A DNA stretch of 63,566 nucleotides, filler included, from Phoronis australis (GCA_002633005.1; 6 parts of 6 records of this genome joined end to end with filler, not necessarily neighbours in it), one strand, 5' to 3'. Positions 37,213 to 49,773 are shown, counted from the whole stretch's first letter. The notes: generated from the letters alone by a model not told the origin. A program made the numbers and translations.

Positions 37213-38897
37213 CAGTGGCTGATCTACGGGGGGGTTCAGGGTGTTTAAACCCCCCCTCAGGCCAGGACCAAAAAATTAAAAAGCAAAAAACAAAAGCGTC
37301 TCCAGCAAAACAAAAACGGCACCGCCAGCGTGTGTAAAGCCCAAGTAAACCAACTTGGAAAAAATTGAGGGGGTTCACTCTTAAAATATATTTTTTTGCG
37401 TTGTGAATTGCTGAGTCTTTGTGGCTCATCGGCAAAACGGGCAGGGATTTATTGATGCTCGCTTCCGTCGACACTTCTGAAGTAGCCAAGCATTTTAGAT
37501 GGATTCACCGCTGAAAGAGCAGTTCTGTAGCTGATTTCTTTAGGTAACTAGCTTCTTTTTACTCTAAGATATGTTTTGATTTGATTAGGGAAATACTGCG
37601 GTGCCGCAACCCTGATGTTCAGGCGAATTGACGTGCAACGTACATTGTATATACCTCATCTGTCATGCCGTGTCATTCTATTACACTCCACACGTTTGTA
37701 ACTGATGTATAGTAAAGGTGTCTTGCGCAATATTATACAGTGTACATGTACATGTAATATTGTGTACATGTACATGTAATATTTTTGAAAATAATTCTTT
37801 TTCCGAAGAATTGCTATTGTGGCGGGCGCCGTGGTCGGTCGCGAGTCCGTTTGAAGACACACTCTATAACAAGTTATGTCTATACAAGGAATGACCAAGG
37901 GGGCACTCACATTGAGAAAGTGACCGCATTCGCGAAAAGTGTACAGTACCAGAAATTTTGGGGAGGCTGTTCTTTCACAACAAAGTCTTGCGGGACTCGT
38001 GCGATGTTCAATAGGCCTCCTAAGGAGCCCTAGTTCCGACCTCAACACCTACCGTCTGTCTACCTGCAATAAGCACACTGCCGTCTTCTATACTGGGAAT
38101 TTCCGCAGAAAGGCTCACCCGATGAAACGCTCATGCCCATGGGCATTTATTTGATATTAGTACTTCGGGTTTCAAGCGTTCAGACATTGGGACGTTTATT
38201 TCGTAAATTGCAAGAGATGCAAATAGGTCCTGGGATGCTTCGTCAAGGTTTGAAGTAGTCCATGATGAACGGATCAAATTTAGTTGTGCATGTAAGTCTT
38301 TTGAATGGACTTGGCAACTTCAAGGGTCTTAGTGTCAACTGAGCTGCGAAACGAGATGCTGACATTGTAGAGGCTTACAAGCTCATTGACACAGCAGTTG
38401 ACTAAGTGCAAGCGTTGGGAACAAACNNNNNNNNNNNNNNNNNNNNNNNNNNNNNNNNNNNNNNNNNNNNNNNNNNNNNNNNNNNNNNNNNNNNNNNNNN
38501 NNNNNNNNNNNNNNNNNNNNNNNNNNNNNNNNNNNNNNNNNNNNNNNNNNNNNNNNNNNNNNNNNNNNNNNNNNNNNNNNNNNNNNNNNNNNNNNNNNNN
38601 NNNNNNNNNNNNNNNNNNNNNNNNNNNNNNNNNNNNNNNNNNNNNNNNNNNNNNNNNNNNNNNNNNNNNNNNNNNNNNNNNNNNNNNNNNNNNNNNNNNN
38701 NNNNNNNNNNNNNNNNNNNNNNNNNNNNNNNNNNNNNNNNNNNNNNNNNNNNNNNNNNNNNNNNNNNNNNNNNNNNNNNNNNNNNNNNNNNNNNNNNNNN
38801 NNNNNNNNNNNNNNNNNNNNNNNNNNNNNNNNNNNNNNNNNNNNNNNNNNNNNNNNNNNNNNNNNCCCCCCTTGCTGAAAACGTAGATCCGCCACTG
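37213..38897 (+). mobile_element. Decayed hAT transposon with transposase remnant (PRKRIR/ZMYM1-like type)
   Basis: TIRs CAGTGGCtGATCTAC / GTAGATCcGCCACTG. Region ~38244-38426 translates with stops to QGLK*SMMNGSNLVVHVSLLNGLGNFKGLSVN*AAKRDADIVEAYKLIDTAVD*VQAL, resembling the hAT segment GLSVKLQKR..DI.EAY..I. Confidence 0.7.
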
Positions 38898-38987
38898 GTT
38901 ACCCTAAGGACTAAGAGAAAACCTGGGGCATACACTGTAGATTATGACCCAGGTACACCAGGATGCTTCACCGAACCTAACAATTTG

Positions 38988-39760
38988 TTAGAGTCGGTAC
39001 AGCCGCCTGGTGTTACTTGTGGAAGCAGTTTAAAAGAGCTCTGGCAGCGAACGCTGCACCACAACCATCGCCACCTCCTTTCCCCCAGGTACTGAGGCGC
39101 AATTAGGACTTGTCCAATGGCGAGGTGCGGGAAATCAAGCTCTAGTATTCAGCGGCACCTCCATAAGTTCTGCAGCTTCAGAAACCGTTTTACCAAATTA
39201 AACGTTCCTGAAGTAACCGCACCACCGTAGCACATCATCAGGCGCACCTCCAAGACAGTGGAGATGAAACCCAAGTCTGAACAACAGTGACGCCTCAGGA
39301 GGTTGAAGACAAAGTCTTGGCCTTCGTGGAAAAGGGGTTGTCGGGGAACCACGCACGTGGATAACCACGACTTTACATTTGAGCCTGGCATCACTGGCAC
39401 GGTCCTCCGAAAGAGTTCCTCCAAAGTCTCCTTTCGGGTGGGCAAGTCCTCCATGTCCTCCAAACCGATTTCACCTAAACCAGGTGGCTCTTTCAATAGC
39501 TGGGGGAGTAGGTCTAGAACCCAACCCTTTTAGGTGGATACCCACTACAGCTTTCTAGTCATGTGTAAAACGGGAAACCTCGACGTACTTCCAGTTTTCC
39601 ACATCGCAGAAAACTGCAAGCCCATCGACAGATTTCATAGACGCCTGTGGCAGCTGGGCGGCAAGCATTTGCTGGATCGTCAACACCCTAGACCCAGAGA
39701 GTTATCGCTGCATGCGCCAAAGCTGCCGACAAGCGATCCAAATAGAAATAAGCCAGATCA
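38988..39760 (-). pseudogene. Degenerate intronless TatD-family (amidohydrolase-fold nuclease) sequence
   Basis: Ordered motifs across frameshifts and stops: AYFYLDRL, AVFCD..NW, VVGIHLK, GLGEIGLE, VVVIHVRG, FHLHCLGG..W...F.NV*FG, ILELDFPHL, SNTRRLYRL*. Confidence 0.72.
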
Positions 39761-40297
39761 GGAACAGGCCCTGATCTACATGTACCTTTAGATGTGGAAG
39801 GCGAAGCCTCAGGTGATCGTCGACCCTTTAAGGGCAAGCCAGGTGGGTTGCGGGCTTATGCCGAATACGACATCGGAAGGCACGGCGAACCAGCATCCCT
39901 CACCCCTTGTTTTGGAAGAGTGGCCCTTCTAATCATTTCTCGTCTGAGTGGGCAATTAATTAGGGTACAATTTGGGACCAAGTTTATTAATGAAAATGGT
40001 ATACGTCAAAAGCTATTGTTTGACAACAGAGGGCAGGTTTTTTGGTCATCAGAATGGAGTCCGACATTTGTCAAAGGCGTTCTTTTTCTACTAGTACTGC
40101 CATGGTCAATGATTTAAAACATCGGTTAGCCATCATCATACTGTCGTTATCCGTAATCCTCAGTTATCGTCATGGTCACCAGGAGGCGCGAAGAGCCACC
40201 TTACTCATCATCAACATCGTCACTGCCTTCTTCAATTATTAATGTCATCGCTAATAGCGCCACCAATTATTTGACTTTCGTGTTGCATTCATTTTAG

Positions 40298-40462
40298 GGG
40301 ATGGGATTCTGACCAATTCGGAGTTTATGACAGCCTGGTCCGCTTCTACCGGCATGAGCAACGGAGAGTCGCTGTTTGTGTTTAGTGAGGCTGACATGGA
40401 CAACAACGGTCATTTAAGAGATGACGAAATTGTTGGAGTTTTCAGAGCATTCGAAGTCAATG
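40298..40462 (+). CDS. Secreted four-EF-hand protein, coding exon 3
   Basis: (R)DGILTNSEFMTAWSASTGMSNGESLFVFSEADMDNNGHLRDDEIVGVFRAFEVN(G). Completes loop DINRDGILTNSE and contains DMDNNGHLRDDE. Confidence 0.88.
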
Positions 40463-42918
40463 GTAAGTGGGGACCCGTTACGTAGTGCAAGGTTCTCTCG
40501 AATAAGATCTTGTGAGATCACCGTGCTCCGCTTGTAATGAATGGCGATATCTCGCGAGCACTTGCGGGTCGTTCTCGACTAACTCACAAGAAACTCCAAC
40601 CTTACGGATCATGACCCAGACTCACTCACGTGAATGTAGCCAGCGTCAGGTCAGCTATTGCCACTATGCTATAATGCATTAATGCAATATATGAGAGGTT
40701 TTGCTCCAAAATTCTTTTCAGTGCTTTTAGGGTTTTGTGAACAAACCGGACACCAGCCTGGCAACCAAAGTTTACTGTGGTGGATGTTCGACACGAAATT
40801 TGGCGAATCATTTGTGTTGTTGCGAGTAATTTCATGTGATGAGATTGGTTAACTTTGGAGTCGAGTGTCGAGAAAAGTTTGTTGGTCGAGCGCCCTGGTT
40901 CGCTATTTCGGTAATCAGTTTGCGCAAAATGTGGAAATTTGTCTGTGCCGAACCTGGTCGTGACAAATTTCCAATTATCAAATCATCAAAAATTAAAAAT
41001 CCGTGTCTAGGTGCTTTAATTGAAAAAATTCAACGTCTTAAAATTGGAAATAAGGTGTCATTTTAAATGGATTATAGTTGCTATCCAGCAGCGGTAGCTA
41101 TGGCATTCACCCTTTGTTGGTCATAACTCTTTTGTGTCCAACCCATCGGCGTTTGTCACTGTCCATTATATGTCCAACTAACAAACGTTTAGTTTTTATT
41201 CCAGACCATACCGGTTCTCAGAGGCCTGATATCAATATTTGTTTTGTTATTCGCTAGTCCTTGTCTTTTATCCAACGTCACGACGCAAACGCCAATTATA
41301 GACTACGCTGAATTAATACATTCATATAAACACGCGTCCACTCAAAACTGTTGTCAACAAATAAACACCCATCGCAGCCTTCTGGCCATTTTATTTCTAG
41401 AGAAAGATTCTAAGCTTATATTTCTCGATGAAGCCAGACATTTCAAAAATTTACTAGTTTCTGTCCTTGACATTTCAGCCAGTATTTTATTGCCTTGAAG
41501 AGATCGCTAATGCGATAATTGTCCTGTGCAACACAACATGAACTTAGATCCAAAAGTATAAATGACGGTCGGTGACATCGGTTTTCCTGGTTGATATAGA
41601 GAAACATTTATAATAACACTTAAAACCCCTGTTTTTTCATAGATTATGTGTTTTTGATCCACAGTGTGTTGCTGTGTCCGCTGCGAGACGCTGTAGTTTC
41701 TCTCAAAAATATTAATCTTGAATACAGTCCCTATTATGAAGCCTGGAGTACTTCTCAAAAACAAGGTCATTTTGTCGTTTCTTTAATAAACAATTATCTG
41801 ATTCTTATACTTTTTAAATTGTCTGGAATTTTTTAGTTTCTCTATGTTTTCTGAGACAAATCGTATTACGTTGTATACAGCTCTAATAATTAATGTATGT
41901 GAATGAACTAAGGGATTGCGGATATGTAATCAGAAAGCAAAGTTTTACCTCCTCAAGTTGAATATTATTGTGAAATGTGGGCAGAGCTCGCTTTTATCAC
42001 TGAATTTTGATTCAAGTGATGTCAAGTTATGTCAAGTTGTGTTTATGAGCTGTACAGAAAGTTCTAATAATGTTGATATAGTCTGGATGCGAGACTATCA
42101 ACAGTATTTATTTGTAAGAAATTAGTGTTTCCACTTGATCGACTTTCACCATTCGCAGAGTTCTTTGTTCCTGTTCGACATGCCTTGTTTTGAATTGACC
42201 GTAGGCCTTGATTCAGGGTTAAATAATCGGACCTTAATTCCTTATTTTCCAAAAACTTCCATGCGTTTTGATGTATGCGCCTGCAAATTAACTCCGATAA
42301 ATCACTAATCATGAAAACATACGTGAGGACATCACTGAATATACTGTACATGTACCTGTGAGTTAATAGGCAAAACACATTTTTATAGGATTCTGAATAT
42401 TGTCAAGATTGCAGCCCGTCTAAAATGCTTCAGGGCCACTACCTGTACATGAATCAACAACAAAACCCAACGTACTACGACAAATTTCAAGGAACCCCTT
42501 TGTGGCCACCAGTCTGCACTGGTAAGCTTTCTGCCTATGGTTTTGGAACTGTTGGTGATGTCCACGGTGGTCACTGCATATGTATACATATTTGGCCGTT
42601 CGAGACATGCTGGTAATACCCACAGTTTGAGAGGGCAAAATTTCACTCCATCTTTTTAAAGCTCCGCCATAGTTGCGGTCAATCGCCTTTAGAATTCTGC
42701 CAATGTGTATAGAAACGAAATTTCTAGAGTCGCGACATCAGGGTCACTTCCGTTGCCTATCTGTGCCCAGAAATCGAAAGTTGTTTTTGCACTTGACGAC
42801 GAGTGAATTGTCACTTTGAGTGGCAGCTGTGTGTAGAATGAGTGAATTAGTCACCCTAACCATGACCGACAACAGGGCTCTCTACGTACTCTAAATACGA
42901 ATGCTCTTTTGCTTACAG

Positions 42919-42965
42919 GCGATGGACAGGTCAGCAAGTCAGAGTACGACGCAGTTTGGGCTATT
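42919..42965 (+). CDS. Secreted four-EF-hand protein, coding exon 4
   Basis: ttacag|(G)DGQVSKSEYDAVWAI|gtgagt completes loop EVNGDGQVSKSE. Confidence 0.85.
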
Positions 42966-44001
42966 GTGAGTATACCTATTCATACATGCTTTTCGCAATG
43001 ACAGTTTTCGCGAAGTTGAAGAGATCATTCAAGTATATGGTTTTCAGAAAAAAAATTAGTGTTTCTCTAGTATGCGACCTTATTACATGTAAGTACACGA
43101 ACAAAATGTCCGCGTACTAAAAACAGTGGTCGGGGAAGATAGACAAGTGAATTCTATAGGCAAATCTTAACGGAAAACACCATTTCTATTTAGCATCTCC
43201 CTCTGTAAGTTTCTAGCAAATGAGGAGCGTTATGGACCTGGCCACTTGAGCAGAAAAAACTGGTCACAGTCGAGTGCTTAAAGAAAAACAAATTCAACTG
43301 AAAGTTCTCGTCCACGGCCACGAGTGTGATGTATGACCGTACCTAGCGTCCGTGTGTTATATCCACCAACAGGCGAGATTCTTGTGTACAAACTTTTGCC
43401 ATATCCGTGCTGTTCTATGTCCACGGAAAAGTGAGAAGAGTAACAAATACTAAGTTGTCACCACCACAACACACGCAACGCTTCACCATTCCTTATTGTA
43501 CCATAAATCACGGGAAAACGAGAAGCAATATCTGACGACTTTCCACACTAAACACATAGGAGGATGTCTGAGTGCTGCAATTGATGTTCCCAATTTTACG
43601 TAGCACGTATCGACAAATAAGTCCTCGTAATGTACTCGATATCGGTGAAAATTAATAACATATCGCCAGACAGTGTTTTGGGTGTTGTAGTTTGACACCT
43701 GATCGACTGGTCGGGTTGTTTTTTGGTGGTTTTTGGTATAAAATTTGTGATCTTAGACTAAGGACCAGCCTGTATGGTTTCTAATTTTAGGCACTTTAGG
43801 CACAATTGAAATAGCCTTTCGCTTGTTCGCGCTTTGGCGTGATCTGATAGTTCACTTGAGGAAACTGAGCTATTGGTTCACCAGGCGACATCAGAAATCC
43901 AATGAGACATATTGGAGGAATATAACCTGAAATTGCGCGTACATATTCATGTACAAAATATAATCTGCAGTTATAAATCAGCGCGTTGATATGGTAAAAG
44001 T

Positions 44002-44215
44002 AAGAATTATTAGTCCTTTTACACGCCATATGTCAGTCAGTCACAGCACGAGACCTACAGTTCAGTCTTACCTAAACTATAAGAATTATTAGTCTTTTTA
44101 CACGTCATATGTCAGTCAGTAACATCACGTGACCTACAGTTCGCTTACCCAAGCTGTAGAATTTATTAGTCTTTTTACACGTCATATGTCAGTCAGTCAC
44201 ATCACGTGGCCTACA
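44002..44215. repeat. ~78-bp tandem repeat, ~2.8 copies
   Basis: aagaattattagtc...ttacacg.catatgtcagtcagt.aca.cacg...cctaca recurs three times. Confidence 0.85.
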
Positions 44216-44798
44216 CTGAGTTAAGTCTTTTGGCAGACTTACAAATACCAGTTCAACGCGCAGTTATATAGCATAACAGCTGTATCAAAGATTACATTTT
44301 GTTGATTTAAATTGCATAACTTAAGTTGGATGCACCTGTGATTTGACGTAAGTAGTCTGGCAAAGTCGCCGATTACGCTTCCAAACATTTGGCAATGCTT
44401 CCTGAGTAAGAGGAGTTGTCAAACATATTCTAAACAATTGAAGATTGACACTTGTTACAGTGTAGTAGTTTGAGTAACCTAAACATTGTTAATTGGCTGA
44501 AACACAGCTTAAAGTGCGTTGCTGCTTACATGCTGCTCGAAGGCTTTAATGGACGCTACGTAAGCCAGTCTGAATTTATTTACTCAAAACATCCTGAGCA
44601 CTAGCGACTCCAAAAGGGAATTTCATCGCCAAAATTATGAGTTATCGCGGTTTTTTAAATCAAACTGAATGTTGAAACGGACGGTACCGTATGTGACAGG
44701 AAATTGTTATGTACTGTCACGCTGGTCAGGTTGGCACGTCTCTGGAGTTTGACTTTCACAAATGAAATGCAAGATATGCTATAATTTCTCTTTTCTAG

Positions 44799-44819
44799 AT
44801 CCTCTCTAGAATGCCATGA
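44799..44819 (+). CDS. Secreted four-EF-hand protein, probable last coding exon
   Basis: Strong polypyrimidine acceptor tttctcttttctag|ILSRMP*, with AATAAA at 44911. Confidence 0.6.
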   Translation: MLSRMP

Positions 44820-47473
44820 TGTTCCTGAAGCGCTAGGACAGGCTCGCGGGTGGTTTTCTTGAGGCAATATCACGTAATTAATTATACAATTTCTGTGATA
44901 TTCTGTCAGTAATAAATTATCAACCATATTTGTCATTGTGTAAATAAGAACTGAAACGACGTTCAACGGACACGCAGGCCCGTAGGAAGGCAAAAAGTGG
45001 GGGGAGCACAAATCCCCAGCCCTCATCGCCACCAACTCCGCCACCATCCCCCGCCCAGTGCCCCCGATGCCACGTCCGCCCTAGGTTGGGGACAATCCCG
45101 GGGATGCAGCCATCAAGAGTTTAGTAACCGTGAACCAACATGGAGAGCAAGAATAGGCCTAGGACCAGTAAACTAACCGGTAGCGAAAAGTTGCCTTAAG
45201 TAGCTATAGCTGAGACCTAACAGTGTGAAAATAAGAAATTCCTGATGAACTAAAGCTACATGTAATTGCTGGTCAGCTCAGCTGTGATTCACTTGAGACA
45301 GGCAGCTCGTACCGGCCATCGGCGCTCGCTCTAAGGTCGAGATTCGTTTTATTGTGATCCAGCATCGGGAAAACTTTATTTTATCATTCTTTAAAGGAGT
45401 TTTTTTGAAAAGGTGAGGTGCCGCGGTCTCTAGTATAGTGCTTTTGGGGGTATTTCAAAATCTGTCGTTGAAACACGATCGGCAATCCAGTTTCTGGTGG
45501 TTGGGGAAAATGTTACAGAGTGTTTCCCAAAAATGTACACACTTCAGCGCTTGACTGAAGTTCAGTTCCCGTGGATCCCTGAGATTCTGCGCGGACCTAA
45601 TGCATGGTTATATTTATATTTTTAGCGTGGGTGCGTCAGCCATCACGTGCATGGGAATTGGGCAAGCAAACAATTCAGTTTGGAAGAAAAAAAATCCATT
45701 GCTCAATACCACGAGAAAATAAAAACACCAAGAAGGAAGTACAAAGACAACCTTTCCAAGCAATGAGTTAATTTTATTTACATGTATTTAAGGACTTTTA
45801 AAGCTTTTTTCGATCCACGGTTTGTGAGTCTGAATTTCATCAATCTCTTCTAAGTCTAGTTTACTATTTGGGGATCGGATTACACTTTTTCCAACTATGT
45901 GTATAGGCTGCAATTAAATTCACTGAAATATAATCGTTTCTTAGAGGATTGGCATCTAATTGTCAAAAATCATCTACGAATCTATCGATTTCTGTAGATC
46001 CATAATCAGGTAAAATCGAGACCAACGAATTCGTTTATCAAAACGAAATGTTATAAGCAATTTCCGTAGGCATGCTCGCAGATTTTTGACGGGTAACAAG
46101 AAGAATATGGGAGATGGGGCATTCGCANNNNNNNNNNNNNNNNNNNNNNNNNNNNNNNNNNNNNNNNNNNNTTAATTAATTAANNNNNNNNNNNNNNNNN
46201 NNNNNNNNNNNNNNNNNNNNNNNNNNNACTGGATTAGAACAGGAATCATAGATCTCTCGCGCGCTCAGTCTATGGTTCTGACACTTCAAACTTTTGTCAA
46301 CACGATAGCTAGCCTCAGAAAGTTCGATGTTGACCTAGTTCTAAACCTCTCTGCAACCCACTGTAAGGGGATGAAAACAATTCAAAGTCCGCTCCTTGAA
46401 ATAGGGCTTGCTTAACTGGAATTTAGAACTGCGGTCATGGGAGTGTTTTCACCTCCTGATTGCGAAGCGATCGAGTTAGCTGTGGTATCTTCATCAGCGC
46501 GTGATCTCAGCGGGAGGTCACCGCTTTATCCATTCAAGCGCTCGACAACAACTAAACTTACGAGAGTCTCAGAACTCCCACATGCAAATTTGATATGCAA
46601 ATGAGGGAGTACTTGACTACTGCGCCATCTATACATCGACGGAAAAGCTTAAATACCCGTGACTGCGTGTGGGAAATTGCGATTGCGTGCGCTGAAGTCG
46701 ATATTTTCAAAGTACAATTACACCACTGTTCAAGGTTGCAAAGTGAGATTTTTTGATATCCTTCTATAGAAAAAGCTTTAATATCTCTGATGAAATCACC
46801 TGTTTCCTTTTAAACGAAACTTAAGTCCTAAAATTAGTCCGGGGAAGGAGGCCAAAAACGGCGGTTTAGCTAGTTGTCCCTTCCTGGTTATCTCTTCCTG
46901 CTGTTATGAAGTTAAGTTTCAAACTGTTCCTTAGTTAAGTGTGATTTCTGGGCTTGGATAAACTTGACAAGTTATTGCTTGAGAGCAGATGCACGTTACA
47001 AGAAACTGAATTATCGGTAAGTTCATTGTTGACTTAAGTCTAAGATTTGTCTCAACTTCCAAATTTGAAACTTTCACATCCACAAGTCAGTCAAAATTAA
47101 GACAAAATTTAAGTAAAAAAAACTTAAGTCAAAGTTAAGATTTCTTTCTTGAATTGGAGTTGAGACGAATTTAAGTTTTAATCTTTAAATTGACTGAAGT
47201 TTAAGATATGTCTTAGATAAGTCAGTTTTCTTGGAACAGGCTCCAGGTTCTACAGATTGGCTTGTCACGACACGTCAGTTTATAGTGCTGTATGTGGTCT
47301 CTAGCAATAACAAACTTTATGTTCATTGCATGACCAAAATCACATGAAGCAAGTTGAGGCCAATTATGCAGAGGTAACTGGTCTAAGTCAAAATTTAGTT
47401 TCTTTGATGAAACTTGGGTTCATTGCCATTTTAATTTTTAAAATCTTAATTTAACTCGTGTTTTATTTGAAAG

Positions 47474-47708
47474 CTTGATGTTCAGTCGCGTATCCGCGAA
47501 GCTCTGTCGCAGTCCATGCAAGATGACGGCACTCAAGCACAGGCCATGAGCGAAGCAGATCTGTTTGAAAATCTTCGTCGACGCGGAGTGGTAGATGAGA
47601 TAATGCAGGATTTGAAGTTTGACAAGGTGGAGACTGGAGACAGAGCCACTCGAAAACCTGCTGCACACTTTGTGAACACAGAACAGAAATTGAAACAGAA
47701 TCTCACAG
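47474..47708 (+). CDS. CEP76: Centrosomal protein of 76 kDa, coding exon 2
   Basis: LDVQSRIREALSQSM...DLFENLRRRGVVDEIMQDLKF matches the CEP76 N-terminal region. Exon 1 was not found in this block. Confidence 0.92.
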
Positions 47709-48153
47709 GTAGAATTAGAAATATAATAATATATTTTTGTACTTTTGAAATAATTGGCATTAGTCTTTGCCAGTAAGGTTCCGTAGTTGTGATGGTAATC
47801 TGTACCTGATGGAAATTGCTTGGGTTAATCTCATCTGCCACAAACAACTGTTGTAAATATGATCGTGAAACTTCTGGCAAATATTGTTTTCAGTCATATT
47901 TCCGCGTTTTGAATGAATTTTTTAATTTCTATTCATAGTTTTGCATTTGTTTTCTGATATAGATGATTAAATGTAGTTAAAATAAAAAAATTAAATGTCA
48001 AATAGCAGCTTTTGGTGTTTATATATTTGCACTCGTGCTGTGTACATCTAATTGAATACTTACTACCCGCTTACAATATTTTATATATTGGCAATCTAGT
48101 AGTAATCATAGTTACACAAGATGATCCAGTAGTTATAAAATCTTTACTTTCAG

Positions 48154-48378
48154 CCAATATTGATCCGGGAAAGCGACATCTGTATATTCAGATTCTTGGT
48201 GGCAAAGCATTCTTGGAACATCTTCAAGAACCAGAGCCTCTTCCCGGACAGATCACATCAACCTTCACAGTCCACATCAACTTTCGTGGCCAGAGGTTCA
48301 AGTCGAAGCCAGCACCTTGTGCCTGTGAACCTGCCATTGTGGAGGGATTCCTGCTGGAAGTGCACAAAGAGAGTGCTG
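48154..48378 (+). CDS. CEP76: CEP76 coding exon 3 (C2 domain)
   Basis: NIDPGKRHLYIQILGGKAFLEHLQEPEPLPGQ...FRGQRFKSKPAPCACEP...GFLLEVHKES. Confidence 0.95.
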
Positions 48379-49587
48379 GTATTGGTTGATTTTGCCCATT
48401 GATTGTTTCTTATTCTATAGTGTTGTGTGTTACAGCAATAGCTATTTTACGTGATGTGCCAAGGTAATGACATGACATATTATAGTTCCTGTGACAACAA
48501 ATGGGGCCATGTAATTGTAGATTTTGAAATTTATACAAATGACATATTAAGAATTTGTGTATGTTGCTGTCTTGATTCCACACAACTCGGATCCCAAAAT
48601 ATTCATAATCTATTTGCTTAAAGCTACATTTCGTCCTCTTTAGCTGGATAAAAATTAAAATCGAATTGTACCTTTCATAATATTCCTTACTATGATAGAA
48701 TTCTACCTCCGTTACCAACAAGAACATCAAAACCATCAGCAACTAAATAATTTTTTTAAAGTTTATTGGGGGTGGCCAACCCTAAAATTGTGCATTCGAA
48801 AATGGCGCATGCATACATTACCTGTGACTTGAGTTGCTTACTCATTTGGCAATGATTCAGGATTAGATGAACATGGTAATGTTTTTAAATCCTAAAGGGC
48901 CTCATTCTCAAGGCAAAATTTATCTACATCAGTGTATAGAAAACCCACTTTCTCAGGTCTGTACCTCAAGTGGGATAGTTTTGTTCCAAAAAAGCACAAA
49001 GCTGGTACGCGTTAATTTTAAAGTTCACGCTTCCGTTTTGGCCTCAATCAAATGTGATCAATTCAACATTGACGCCTAAACTGGGGTGAAATGCAGCTTT
49101 ATTTATTTCGCGCTTCTTGCTTGGAGATGTTATTCATTGAGGATGGTTTATGCTTGAGTAGGTGTTAAAAAGCTATCGCTGATTTATTAACAATGAATGT
49201 GTCAGTTCTAATGCACACTACTTAATGACAGCTAAATGAACTATTTTATTATTACAACATCTTGTAATACAGGCTCGCTCGTAGTGTCAAAACAATCTCC
49301 TTTTTTCAGGGTTGCAGCTATGTAGCTAAACACCGAGAGACATAACATACAAACAAAATAAAACACTATTATTATTTTGAGACTGCATATCTCATCATCA
49401 GGCAAACTTGTAGTCATTGATCTGCCTTTTTTATTTGATTTTGATATTGATAGAATTTAGAGGATAAAGTATTGTCATCGTTATTACTATTTCTAAGTAT
49501 TAACACCATAATTAAGTAGTGCATAATTATTACGGGTAAATATTACGGGTAATTATTACTGTCATTGTCTCTCTATCCTGACTGCAG

Positions 49588-49773
49588 GTGACGCCGGTCG
49601 TATGGCTGACACAACTACCATGCTGTCCATCTGCGACCCTGTCCACATTGTTCTCATCAAGACTGACCCCAGTGGTGACCGTTCACTGCTTGCCTCGCAT
49701 TATCTCGAGTGGCGAAGTGTCCTGGCAGCGCCTGACTCTCGCACCACAATTGCTGTAGAACTACATGGCGTGG
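49588..49773 (+). CDS. CEP76: CEP76 coding exon 4
   Basis: (G)DAGRMADTTTMLSICDPVHIVLIKTDPSGDRSLLASHYLEWRSVLAAPDSRTTIAVELHGV(G). Confidence 0.94.

Noticed and set aside
46580-47020. Twin octamer motifs ATGCAAAT and a gtaagt donor at ~47017 as an snRNA promoter or CEP76 exon 1
   Set aside because: No snRNA body is recognisable, the translation does not resemble the CEP76 N-terminus, and the region looks repeat-derived.
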